Source of the DNA: Myxococcota bacterium
GTDB lineage: Bacteria; Myxococcota; Myxococcia; Myxococcales; Myxococcaceae
Length of the DNA stretch: 33,086 nt
NCBI GenBank assembly: GCA_049322255.1
Contig: JBMORE010000026.1
Coordinates: forward strand, 1 to 33,086
Direction of reading: 5' to 3'
Shown: one piece after another, positions 20,218-29,098 of the stretch
Layout: each line of letters starts with the position of its first letter
Position numbering within the stretch: position 1 is the stretch's first letter
Notes under the pieces: generated by a model
What the model was told of the DNA's origin: nothing
The model's input: only the letters and a program-made list of their open reading frames with translations
The model's database searches: none
Made by a program: the position numbers and the translations under genes

Positions 20218-21108
20218 TTAGAGAGAGTGATTGGTTCCCTCACCCGTTCCCTCTCCCACAGGGAGAGGGGAGCTGCGGACGACGGTGAGGTAGGTCTGGG
20301 TGAGCTCGCCGCCGTTGATGGCTCCGCTGGCCACGTGTACCCACTCCTCCCTTCCGTTGGCGTCGCGGGTGGCGGTGAGCCAACGCTCGTTGCCGTCGAC
20401 GCCCTGGTGCACCACCGCGAAGCGGGCGTCGGCCAAGGAGGCGGCGTAGGCACGGATGACCTCCAGCGGCGAGGTGCTCTCCTGATGGGTGAAGCGCACC
20501 CGGAAGACCTCGCCCTCTTGCGCGCGCTTGGTCTTCTCGTCGAGGGGTAGCTCCACTTCGCCAAAGCGCATGGGCTCGCAGGAATCGAGCACCCCTGCCG
20601 TCACCCGTCCCAGCCCCAATGGCTCGAGGCAGCCCTTGGCGTCGCGTTTGTTCTCCTCGGGGCGTTTCTCCAGCTTGGGTGCGAAAGGAGCGTTGCGCAC
20701 CTCGAGCACCTCGGCGACCAGCTTTTCGCCCAGGTTGAAGGACTCCATCTCGGCGAGCACGTAGGCCTCGGGTGCCAGGTCGCGCCGAGCGGCCAGGGTG
20801 GTGAGGCTGCCTTCCGGGCGCACGAAGATGAGGGTGAAGCCTTTCGCCTCCAACTGCTGCTGCGCGCGGCGGACGAGCTCTTTGAGGGGCACGTTGGGGC
20901 GGTGGCTCCAGCGCAGCTTGCGCACTTCGCCCTCGAGCCTCACCGGCTTCCCCTCAGCCGTCAGGGGCACCTCCACTTGATCCAGCCGGCGCACGCTGCA
21001 ACCTTCGACCACCGCGTCTTTGAAAGAAAGCAGCGCTCCCTCCGGGCACGTAGGAGCGGCGGATACCGGCACGGACAGCGCGAGTGAGACGAAGACGCAG
21101 TGGAGCAT
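20218..21108 (-). CDS. Secreted hypothetical protein with two internally similar Cys-paired domains
   Basis: Signal peptide ending VSAA. Two similar halves: CSVRRLDQVEVPL...LEGEV and CEPMRFGEVELPL...QEGEV. Confidence 0.7.
   Translation of the reverse strand: MLHCVFVSLALSVPVSAAPTCPEGALLSFKDAVVEGCSVRRLDQVEVPLTAEGKPVRLEGEVRKLRWSHRPNVPLKELVRRAQQQLEAKGFTLIFVRPEGSLTTLAARRDLAPEAYVLAEMESFNLGEKLVAEVLEVRNAPFAPKLEKRPEENKRDAKGCLEPLGLGRVTAGVLDSCEPMRFGEVELPLDEKTKRAQEGEVFRVRFTHQESTSPLEVIRAYAASLADARFAVVHQGVDGNERWLTATRDANGREEWVHVASGAINGGELTQTYLTVVRSSPLPVGEGTGEGTNHSL
20237..20270 (-). repeat. BoxC-like hairpin/G-tract repeat, copy 3
   Basis: Minus strand CCCCTCTCCCTGTGGGAGAGGGAACGGGTGAGGG; translated as the C-terminal tail of 20218-21108. 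Confidence 0.7.
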
Positions 21109-21177
21109 ATGAACAGGAAGCGTACCTAGACTCCGCTCCTCTGGGGAGGTAGCTCTCCTCCCGGCCGCCCGGAGAGC

Positions 21178-21312
21178 GTGCAGGCGGACATCCAGTTTCT
21201 GCTTGGCCTGCCGGGCGTGAGTGAAGAGGAGATTCGCGTACACTTCGAGCGGCACGGGCTCATCGAGAGGTTTCATGAAATCAAAAGGGCAATCTCCGCT
21301 GCTCGACCTTGA
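21178..21312 (+). pseudogene. C-terminal remnant of a nucleotidyltransferase gene
   Basis: Frame reads VQADIQFLLGLPGVSEEEIRVHFERHGLIERFHEIKRAI, resembling the helical C-terminus of NTase toxins. An in-frame TAG at 21127 shows the catalytic half is absent. Confidence 0.5.
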
Positions 21313-21517
21313 GCGCGGTATTTCCACCACCTCGAAAGACCTCGCTGTCCTTCGGAGCTTGCGGCGTGCGCCGATGAGCGCGGAGGACTACCTGAAGTTC
21401 CTCGCGGAGTTTCACTTTTCCCCCGCTGCGCTGCGTGCCCGCAGGCATCCACGCGGTGAGCCCTTCAGTCTGGATGAGGCTCAGCCGCCGGCGAGTAGCG
21501 CGCGCACTGCGCCGTAA
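21275..21517 (+). CDS. Small protein, probable former partner of the NTase remnant
   Basis: 80 aa, LDLERGISTTSKDLAVLR...YLKFL...LRARRHPRGEPFSL; starts inside the 3' end of the remnant. Confidence 0.55.
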   Translation: MKSKGQSPLLDLERGISTTSKDLAVLRSLRRAPMSAEDYLKFLAEFHFSPAALRARRHPRGEPFSLDEAQPPASSARTAP

Positions 21518-22083
21518 TCATGCTCGTGAATGGCGCCGACCCGCACGCAGCGCACCTGGCCGCCCCCGTCGATCAGCACGTGAATGGGAATGGAGGCGTT
21601 GCGGTCGACGCCCAGCGAGTGGAGGAGAGGCCCGACATCGTCTTCTCCCCGCAGCCAGTGAATGGGTCCGGGAAGTCTCTTTTTTCGCCAGCCCTCGAGC
21701 GCCTCGCGGCTTTCTTCTTCGTCGATGCTGAGCAGGGCGAACGTGACCGGAAACCCCTCGCGCGCCAGGGCATCGCGCCAGCGCAAAAGCAGCCCCATCT
21801 CCTCGACGCAGGGGCCGCACCAGGTGGCCCACACGTTCACCCACGTCCACCCGGCCGTGAGGGAGAGCGAGGCGGCCTCGCCCAAGGGACGCAGGGGAGG
21901 GACGGCGAAGCGGCGCGCGCCGGAGCCGGTGCCCGGGTAAACCTTTTCACAGAATGCCGCTGTCGACTTGGGCGACGTCTTCTTCACCCCGGCGAAGCGC
22001 TCGGGAGGCGGCCCCGCGGGCTTCTCCTCGCACCCCCACAAAACGAGCGCAGCGAAGCAGGCCAGGCGTGCGCTAGATGGCAC
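21481..22083 (-). CDS. TlpA/ResA-like thiol-disulfide oxidoreductase lipoprotein
   Basis: Lipobox LWGC; VNVWATWCGPCVEEM; cis-Pro loop SIPIH. Start is 22083 or 22089. Confidence 0.85.
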   Translation of the reverse strand: MPSSARLACFAALVLWGCEEKPAGPPPERFAGVKKTSPKSTAAFCEKVYPGTGSGARRFAVPPLRPLGEAASLSLTAGWTWVNVWATWCGPCVEEMGLLLRWRDALAREGFPVTFALLSIDEEESREALEGWRKKRLPGPIHWLRGEDDVGPLLHSLGVDRNASIPIHVLIDGGGQVRCVRVGAIHEHDYGAVRALLAGG

Positions 22084-22986
22084 AGTCAATCCACGCCACG
22101 AAGGCGCTGCGGTTGATGTCGGTCGCCGAGCAGTCGCCTTGGCGCGAGCGCGTCCAGCCGCAGAACTCGCCGGAGAGCTGGGCGTACTCTTCACCCAGCC
22201 ACAACAGGCCCACCTGGTTCTTCAAGTCCTCGTCTTTGAACTTCTGCTCGAGGTGGTTGAGCACCGCCTGGGCGCGGTCGCGGCTGAGCGCCTCGTTGTA
22301 AGCGTCGGCGCCGTCGGTGCTCGCGCGGGCCACCACGAAGAAGAAGCTCGCGCCGCGTTGGTCGCTCCAGGCCTTTTCCACCGCTGCCTGGGCGAGCGGG
22401 TCGAGCTCGTTCTGGGTGGCATCGAACTGAATGATGCTGGCGCGGTGCGCCAGCGGCTTGAAGAGGGCATTGAAGTCGTCGCCGGAAAGGGCAGCCACCT
22501 TGCGCGCTTGCATCGGCTGGCAGCCGCGCCCGCCGCCTCCTTCGAGCAAGCCGCAGGCCCCGGCGACGCGGCGGATGATGCCCTTGAGCGCCGGGGTGCA
22601 ATAGGTGTCGTCGGAGACGCTGGCCACGGCGATGTCTTTCGCTGCTCCTGCNNNNNNNNNNNNNNNNNNNNNNNNNNNNNNNNNNNNNNNNNNNNNNNNN
22701 NNNNNNNNNNNNNNNNNNNNNNNNNNNNNNNNNNNNNNNNNNNNNNNNNNNCGCGCCCGCCGCCTCCTTCGAGCAAGCCGCAGGCCCCGGCGACGCGGCG
22801 GATGATGCCCTTGAGCGCCGGGGTGCAATAGGTGTCGTCGGAGACGCTGGCCACGGCGATGTCTTTCGCTGCTCCTGCAAATTCGCTGAGCCGGCGCTGC
22901 GCGGCCATGGCCCAGGAGGCCACCAGGACAGCGGGTAGCAACAGGGCGACCAACAAGAGCGTCAGCTGTTTGACGCGCTCGTTCAT
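22073..22986 (-). CDS. Membrane-anchored Cys-rich OmpA-C-like protein (228 aa after removing the false gap)
   Basis: N-terminal TM helix; ARASTDGADAYNEALSRDRAQAV and INRS motifs. Removing 100 N plus the 127-bp duplicate restores one 687-nt frame. Confidence 0.8.
22525..22878. other. Scaffold gap artefact (127-bp exact direct repeat around 100 N)
   Basis: 22525-22651 is identical to 22752-22878; Ns at 22652-22751. Confidence 0.92.
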
Positions 22987-24476
22987 GGCGGTACCTCCTC
23001 TTCTGTTCCCGGCGCGGCGTGCGGCTCCTCCTCGGCGGGACGCTCCGGAGGCAGCGGAGCCTCGGGTGCTGCTTCGCCGGTCGTGTCCGTCGGTGCGTCA
23101 AGGATGGGCGCGGCCGGAGCGAAGTCTGCTCCGGCATCCGTCGCTGTCGGCGCCTCGGCATCGGACTCCGCCATCGCTTTTGCCGGCTCGACGAGCGCGG
23201 CGGTTGGGCGGGGAGGAGGTGGTGGTCGAGGTGGCGGTTGGGCGGCTTCGCGCGCTTTTTTTCCCTCGGGCGAGAGCATCTGGGCCAGCGTGTACTCGAG
23301 GCCCAAGTCGGTGTCCTCGTCGCACATGCGGGCGTGGCCGACGAAGAGCTGAGGCGTCAACACCGGAATGGCGTTGGTCACCGCCCAGCGCAAGCTCTTG
23401 GTGAGCTTGCTCTTCACCTGCGCACCACCGAGGCAGCCCTTCACCGCGGGGAACTGCTGCTCCAGCTGTGCGCGTAGGCTTCGTTCGTCCTTGGCCGCGA
23501 GCTGGCGGAGCGCGTCTTGGTTTTCGAAGGCCCACGCCAGCACCGCCTGGGCGGCCGCTGGGTTCTTTTCCCCCGCACCGAGGCCGGCCGCGCAGAGCAC
23601 CGCCTCGCTGACGGCACATGCCCCGGGGTGGAGCGCCTCGGTCACCATCCAGTTGCAGGTGGCGTCGAGCGGGAAGAGCACCGCCTTCAGTTGAAGCTTC
23701 CGGCGGAGGCTGGACGCCGACAGCCGGGCGTCGAATGCCTTGCAGGCAGGGCACAGCGGGTCGAGCACCTCGATGGCCGCTTCGCCGCCCGCGTGGGAGG
23801 TGAGGGGAATCATCACCTTCGCCGGGTCGTCGGCGCTCACCAGGGAGCCGCAGCCGGTCAGCTCTTTTGGGCGGTCGCCGCCGGGCACGAACCCCACGTA
23901 AGTCAGGGTGAGCACCGCCACGAAGGCAACGCCTTCCCCAAACCACAGAGGGGCGCGGCCGGGCGCCGGGTCGGGCTGGGTGTTTCGCCGGTGTACCAGC
24001 GCCGCGGCGACCAAGCAGAGGGCGCTGGAAACGTAGATGCCCACGCACACCTTGCAGGTGGCCTCCAGCTCGACCATCGAGAGGAGCCCGTAGAGGAGAG
24101 ACATTCCTGCCGGGAGCAGGGTGGCTGCGAAAAGAAAGCCCGTCTCGGCGCGCGAGGCCCGTTGGCGCCAGAGGAGAACGCCGGCGCGGTAGGCGATGAA
24201 GGCGAACACCGCCAGCGCCCACAGGCTGACCGGCACCCCGCCCCAGAGACTTTCGCGGAAGAAAGAGCTGTAGGGGCTCATCATCACCACTCGGCAGCCC
24301 GTTTCGCCGACCTCCTTGGCCGCACCAGGGATGAAGGAGCAGTGGATGGCGTGCACCTGCTTGTCCAGGTGCTGCATGAAGTCGCTGGTGCTGACGGCGG
24401 CGAAGCCGGCTCCGAGCAGCGCTCCGAGGAGCACCGCCGCCAGCGGGCCCTTGGGGACCGACGGATGGTCGTTCAT
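22983..24476 (-). CDS. VKOR-DsbA fusion protein
   Basis: VKOR loop cysteines (HCSF...GCRVVMMSPYS) and TCKVC. Thioredoxin-fold domain DPLCPAC...CNW...VLTP. Pro/Ala/Glu-rich tail. Confidence 0.88.
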   Translation of the reverse strand: MNDHPSVPKGPLAAVLLGALLGAGFAAVSTSDFMQHLDKQVHAIHCSFIPGAAKEVGETGCRVVMMSPYSSFFRESLWGGVPVSLWALAVFAFIAYRAGVLLWRQRASRAETGFLFAATLLPAGMSLLYGLLSMVELEATCKVCVGIYVSSALCLVAAALVHRRNTQPDPAPGRAPLWFGEGVAFVAVLTLTYVGFVPGGDRPKELTGCGSLVSADDPAKVMIPLTSHAGGEAAIEVLDPLCPACKAFDARLSASSLRRKLQLKAVLFPLDATCNWMVTEALHPGACAVSEAVLCAAGLGAGEKNPAAAQAVLAWAFENQDALRQLAAKDERSLRAQLEQQFPAVKGCLGGAQVKSKLTKSLRWAVTNAIPVLTPQLFVGHARMCDEDTDLGLEYTLAQMLSPEGKKAREAAQPPPRPPPPPRPTAALVEPAKAMAESDAEAPTATDAGADFAPAAPILDAPTDTTGEAAPEAPLPPERPAEEEPHAAPGTEEEVPP

Positions 24477-24654
24477 TGCCGCCCAGCGTAACCCCAGGCT
24501 TGTGCTCCACAAACGCCATTTCTGTTCGTGGCCGCGCGAACGGGCACCTGCCCAAGAGCAGCAAACACCAAGGAGACAACTATTATTCGCTTGAAATTAA
24601 GCTCTATTATGTAGATTATTCCTCTTGTTCTAATGTTTTTGTACTGAGGTCGAC

Positions 24655-26037
24655 ATGAACAAGTCGCGATGGGCTTTGGGGCTGTTGGTGGGGTTGGGGG
24701 TGTTAGGGCTGATGAGCGCGCCGGGGCTGCCGCAGCAACCGGGTGGGCCGGTGAACGGGGCGGACACCGCGTGGCTGCTCACGGCGACCGCGCTGGTGCT
24801 GCTGATGACCCCGGGCCTCTCCTTCTTCTACGGGGGGATGGTGCGGGTGAAGAACGTCGTCTCCACGCTCTTGCAGAGCTTCATGGCGATGGCCGTCATC
24901 AGCCTTTTGTGGGTGGTGGTCGGTTTCAGCTTGGCGTTCGGGGACAGCTGGCACGGCTTGTTGGGTGACCCGCGCACCTTCTTCATGTTCCGCGGAGTGG
25001 GAGAGCAAACCCACGCCACGCTGGCGCCCACCATCCCCTTCCTCCTCTTTGCGCTCTTCCAGCTCAAGTTCGCTATCATCACTCCGGCGCTCATCACCGG
25101 AGCCTTCGCCGAGCGCGTGCGCTTCAAGGCCTACGTGCTGTTCATGGTGCTGTTCAGTCTGTTCATCTACGCCCCGCTCGCGCACTGGACGTGGCACCCG
25201 GAGGGCTTCTTGCGTCAGTGGGGGGTGCTGGACTTCGCCGGCGGAACGGTGGTGCACATGTCAGCGGGTTTCGCGGCGCTCGCCGGGGCGTTGGTGCTGG
25301 GCCGCCGGCGCGTACACGTGGAGAACGGCACCCACACTCCGGCGAATTTGCCCTTCGTCCTGTTGGGGACGGGGATGCTCTGGTTCGGGTGGTTCGGCTT
25401 CAACGCCGGCTCAGCGCTCTCCGCCTCGGGACTGGCGACCCTCGCTTTTGCCACCACCAACACCGCTTCGGCGGCGGCGATGCTCGGGTGGATGGGCTTC
25501 GATTGGCTGCGCGGGCGTAAGCCGAGCGCGATGGGAGCCTGCGTGGGCGCGGTGGTGGGCCTGGTGGCGGTGACGCCGGCGGCAGGGTTCATCACCGTGG
25601 GGCAGAGCATTGCGGTGGGGCTGGTGGCGAGCCTGGTGAGTAACTTCGCCGTTCACTTGAAGAGCCGCACCGCGCTCGACGACACGCTGGACGTCTTCCC
25701 CTGCCACGGGCTGGGCGGCATGGTGGGAATGGTGCTGACCGGAGTGCTCGCCAAGGACGTGGGCCTGGTCTACGGGCAGACGCGCACGTTCCTGTTCCAC
25801 CTGCTCGCACTGGTCATCGTCTCCGCCTTCTCCTTCGCTGGGGCGTGGCTACTCTACAAGCTGGTCGATCGACTCGTCCCCTTGCGGGTCTCGCGCGCGC
25901 AGGAGGAGGAGGGCCTCGATTTGAGCCAGCATGGAGAAACGGTCGGCGAGCTCGGCGCAGGACTCCCCGAGCCCAGCGCCAGGGAATCATCCTCGCTCGA
26001 GCCGGACGTCCCCGGAAGGTCGCCCGCTCCGGCATGA
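24655..26037 (+). CDS. amtB: Ammonium transporter
   Basis: LMTPGLSFFYGG, FQLKF, AER, LDFAGGTVVHMSAG, WFGWFGFNAGS, DDTLDVFPCHG. Twin His and Phe gate intact. Confidence 0.96.
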   Translation: MNKSRWALGLLVGLGVLGLMSAPGLPQQPGGPVNGADTAWLLTATALVLLMTPGLSFFYGGMVRVKNVVSTLLQSFMAMAVISLLWVVVGFSLAFGDSWHGLLGDPRTFFMFRGVGEQTHATLAPTIPFLLFALFQLKFAIITPALITGAFAERVRFKAYVLFMVLFSLFIYAPLAHWTWHPEGFLRQWGVLDFAGGTVVHMSAGFAALAGALVLGRRRVHVENGTHTPANLPFVLLGTGMLWFGWFGFNAGSALSASGLATLAFATTNTASAAAMLGWMGFDWLRGRKPSAMGACVGAVVGLVAVTPAAGFITVGQSIAVGLVASLVSNFAVHLKSRTALDDTLDVFPCHGLGGMVGMVLTGVLAKDVGLVYGQTRTFLFHLLALVIVSAFSFAGAWLLYKLVDRLVPLRVSRAQEEEGLDLSQHGETVGELGAGLPEPSARESSSLEPDVPGRSPAPA

Positions 26038-26084
26038 GAAGCAGTTTTTGCTTTTCTCACTGACCGGCGTGTCTATCGTCGGTG

Positions 26085-27557
26085 ATGGCCAGCTTCCTAC
26101 GGCTGTGTACGGTATTCGTGCTGGCGCTGGGTTGCCAGCCGCCGCCTCCCCCCCAAACCCCGTTTCCGCCGGTAGAGGAGCTTCCCCTCGATGCGGGCAG
26201 CCCTGGCGATGTCACCTGGGGAGTGCCCGACGGCGGAGCAGCCCTCACCGTCGTCGGTGGCTCCTCGGCTTCGTCGCGCCTGCGGCAGGGGTTTCTCCAC
26301 GGCCTGAGCACCAACCGCATCACCGCGGACACGGTGCGTCGGGTGGAGGAGCTGAAGCCGGGAGCTTGGAGAATGAGCTCGTATTACGGCGCCTACGACT
26401 TCGTGACGCAAAACACGCTGCCCGCGCGCTTTGGCACACAGGTGGTTTTCAATCTCAACGACGTCTTCTCCGGGACCTACGGCTATCCGGTGGTGGTAGG
26501 CCCCAACTGTATCCCCAACAACCCGCGGCATTGCTTTGCGAGTTACGACGAGCTGCGCCAGAGCTGGAGCGACTTCATGGAGAGCTTCATGCTCGCGGTG
26601 GACGCCCAGAATCCAGCCTTCGACTACTACGACCTCTTCGCCGAGCCCGACTGGTCCTGGAAGGGTATTTCCGCGGAGCAGTTCTTCGAGATTTTCAAAA
26701 TCGCCCACGACACCATTCGCCGCCACCGCCCAGAGGCTAAAATCGTCGCTCCCAGCCTGGAGAAGTTCAACGGGCCCGGCCTGGAGCTCTTTTTCCAGTA
26801 CGCGGTGGACAACGACTTGCGCATCGATGCTGTCTCTTGGCACGAGATTTACCAGACGCCCGCGGAGGTGGCGGGGCACGTGGAAGCGGCGCGAAACCTC
26901 ATCCAGACCATCTTCCAGGCGAAGCCCTCGCTGGCCGTCAAAGAGCTCCACATCAACGAGTACGGACCGCCACAGAGCCACTTGGTCCCCGGCTGGACGG
27001 TGGGTTGGCTCGCGGCCTTCGAGGCCACTGGAGTCGACCACGCCAACCGCGGCTGTTGGAAGGAGACAGGTGGGTGGAGCGACTGCGCCAACGGGCTCAA
27101 TGGACTTTTGCTGGAAGATGACTCCACCCCGCAGCCGTTGTTCTTCGTGCATCGCGCCTACGCCAACCTCCCGCCCGACCGGTTGGAGATTCAGTCCCAC
27201 CTGCCCCGTTTGGAGGCCCTCGCCGGAGTGGATGCCGCGGCGGGAGAGCTTCGCCTCTTGGTCGGTCGCTACAGCTGCGGGCGGACCGGCCGATGGTGCA
27301 TGGGCGCCGATTTGCCGGTGGGAGGCGAAGAGACCGAACCGGTCGACGTGATCATTGAAGTCACCCAGTACCCGTTGGGTGGAGCGCTCGCAGACATCGC
27401 CGTCGACCGAATTCCCAATCTGGGCACGACGGGTGCTTTATTGGCGCCTACCACCCTCCCGCGTCAGCAGGTCAACGTGACGGGAAGCACGCTGCGCTTT
27501 CAAATCGACCAGCTTCGAGACGGCGAAGTCTGCTCCGTCATCGTTCGGAGGAACTGA
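26085..27557 (+). CDS. Clan GH-A (GH39-like) glycoside hydrolase lipoprotein
   Basis: Lipobox ALGC; YDLFAEPD (acid/base), AKIVAPS, DAVSWH, LHINEYG (nucleophile); C-terminal beta-sandwich. Confidence 0.75.
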   Translation: MASFLRLCTVFVLALGCQPPPPPQTPFPPVEELPLDAGSPGDVTWGVPDGGAALTVVGGSSASSRLRQGFLHGLSTNRITADTVRRVEELKPGAWRMSSYYGAYDFVTQNTLPARFGTQVVFNLNDVFSGTYGYPVVVGPNCIPNNPRHCFASYDELRQSWSDFMESFMLAVDAQNPAFDYYDLFAEPDWSWKGISAEQFFEIFKIAHDTIRRHRPEAKIVAPSLEKFNGPGLELFFQYAVDNDLRIDAVSWHEIYQTPAEVAGHVEAARNLIQTIFQAKPSLAVKELHINEYGPPQSHLVPGWTVGWLAAFEATGVDHANRGCWKETGGWSDCANGLNGLLLEDDSTPQPLFFVHRAYANLPPDRLEIQSHLPRLEALAGVDAAAGELRLLVGRYSCGRTGRWCMGADLPVGGEETEPVDVIIEVTQYPLGGALADIAVDRIPNLGTTGALLAPTTLPRQQVNVTGSTLRFQIDQLRDGEVCSVIVRRN

Positions 27558-27559
27558 AG

Positions 27560-29098
27560 ATGAGCCGCCCTTGGTTGTTCTTCATCCTGCTGGTCTTTGC
27601 CTGCCGCGCCGGGCCCCCGACGGTCGAAGAGAGCGTCGAAGTCACCGGGCAGCTCAGCGTCGTCCTGGAGCCGGACGCGGCCCGGGTGGCCGGTGCGAGT
27701 TGGCGTGTCGATGGTGGTCCTTGGCACACGAGCGGCACGAGCGTCGAGTTGCCCCCGGGTGTCCACCAGCTCGAGTTCTCCGCTGTCAGTCATTGGACCG
27801 AGCCGGCGCCGGTTCTCGACTACCAGCAGACGCAAGGCGCGACGCAGTTGACGCAGGTCTACATCCGACAATTCCCGGAGCACACGACCGACTTCTTCGA
27901 CGCCACCACGGTTCACCCGGAGGCCAAAGGGTTTCAGGTGGCCGACTACGACCGCACGGGCAGGCGCGTCATTTTTTACCCCTGGGGTGGAATCGTCACC
28001 AATCCCACGTCGGTGGTCCTCGCCTATCACACGGACAAGGACTTCCTCTCGGCCAGCAGCTACGACGCCGTCGACGTGTCCGTCTTGGTGTCGCCGGATG
28101 CGCAGGGGTTTGGAACGGGCTTTGTCGACGCGGCCGCCCGCTGGAGCTACTTCGTCCCCTTTCGCAAGCGGCTGGGGACGACGGTGTTTCAAACGGCGAA
28201 CGACCTCGCTGTCCGCTTCGACCTCACCAAAGCGCTGTCGGATGTGAGCGCGTACGAAACTTTCCGCTTGAGCTCGCTGCCTGTTCCTCCGCCCAGCCTG
28301 GGGTGGATTACCGGCACCGAGGCGAACGGCCATGCTTATTACCTGCCTTACGGAACGCCGCTGTCAGGCGCTCCCTGGCACGCGCGGCACGGAATCTTGC
28401 TGCGTTATGAGACCAGCAAAGCGTTTACCGATCCCGCTGCGTGGCAGTGGTACGACCTCACCCAGATACATGCGGGAGCGGTGGGCTTCCAATCCATCGC
28501 CGCCAAGCCGCCGTGGCTCTACCTCATCCCGTACATCGATGGTCAGAACGGAGCGAACGTCTTGGTCCGGTACAACCTCGACCAGCCGTTCACCGAGAGC
28601 GCTTCCTACGAGTCGGTGGTGCTCACCAGCCTCCACCCCGGCGCGATTGGCTACACCGGAGCCATCGTCGCTGGAGACAACTTGGTGCTCGTCCCTTGGC
28701 GAGACATGGGAGAGACGGTGCAGAGCGAGCAGAGCGTGAGCCTGGCGGCGGTGTTCGACACCCGAGCGGCCCTGACGGACGCGAGCGCCTGGTCCTTCTT
28801 CGACCTCACCACCCTTCACCCCGATGCGAAGGGCTACCAATTCGGCTGGCTGGACAAACTGGGCTTCGTGCACTTCGTGCCCACCCACAACTTCGCGCTT
28901 CTGGGCCCACCGCCTTTCGTCGTCTGGGACGGCGCCCGCCCTTTCACCAGCCCCTCCTCCTGGGCCACCTACCCCAACAGCGGCGTCGCGCAGACCGGTG
29001 CGGCCTATGACGGCAACTTCGCTTGGCTGGCGCCTTATGGGCGGGCGGGCAGCAGCGGACAGATTACTCGGGTGCGCTACGACTACTCCGCGCCGTAA
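27560..29098 (+). CDS. Lipoprotein with PEGA-like domain and 7-repeat beta-propeller
   Basis: Lipobox VFAC; GASWRVDGGPW domain; seven repeats of the form G[FYW]...[YF]xP[YWF]...RY....F....[WY]. Confidence 0.8.
   Translation: MSRPWLFFILLVFACRAGPPTVEESVEVTGQLSVVLEPDAARVAGASWRVDGGPWHTSGTSVELPPGVHQLEFSAVSHWTEPAPVLDYQQTQGATQLTQVYIRQFPEHTTDFFDATTVHPEAKGFQVADYDRTGRRVIFYPWGGIVTNPTSVVLAYHTDKDFLSASSYDAVDVSVLVSPDAQGFGTGFVDAAARWSYFVPFRKRLGTTVFQTANDLAVRFDLTKALSDVSAYETFRLSSLPVPPPSLGWITGTEANGHAYYLPYGTPLSGAPWHARHGILLRYETSKAFTDPAAWQWYDLTQIHAGAVGFQSIAAKPPWLYLIPYIDGQNGANVLVRYNLDQPFTESASYESVVLTSLHPGAIGYTGAIVAGDNLVLVPWRDMGETVQSEQSVSLAAVFDTRAALTDASAWSFFDLTTLHPDAKGYQFGWLDKLGFVHFVPTHNFALLGPPPFVVWDGARPFTSPSSWATYPNSGVAQTGAAYDGNFAWLAPYGRAGSSGQITRVRYDYSAP

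Noticed and set aside
16718..20270. Repeats as a CRISPR array
   Set aside because: Only three dispersed copies in mixed orientation, no regular spacers and no cas genes.
22222..22986. Frameshift or tandem duplication in the OmpA-like gene
   Set aside because: Explained by a 127-bp unmerged overlap around the scaffold gap.
22983..23240. Pro/Ala/Glu-rich stretch as a separate repeat element
   Set aside because: Low-complexity disordered tail of the VKOR-DsbA protein, common in myxobacteria.
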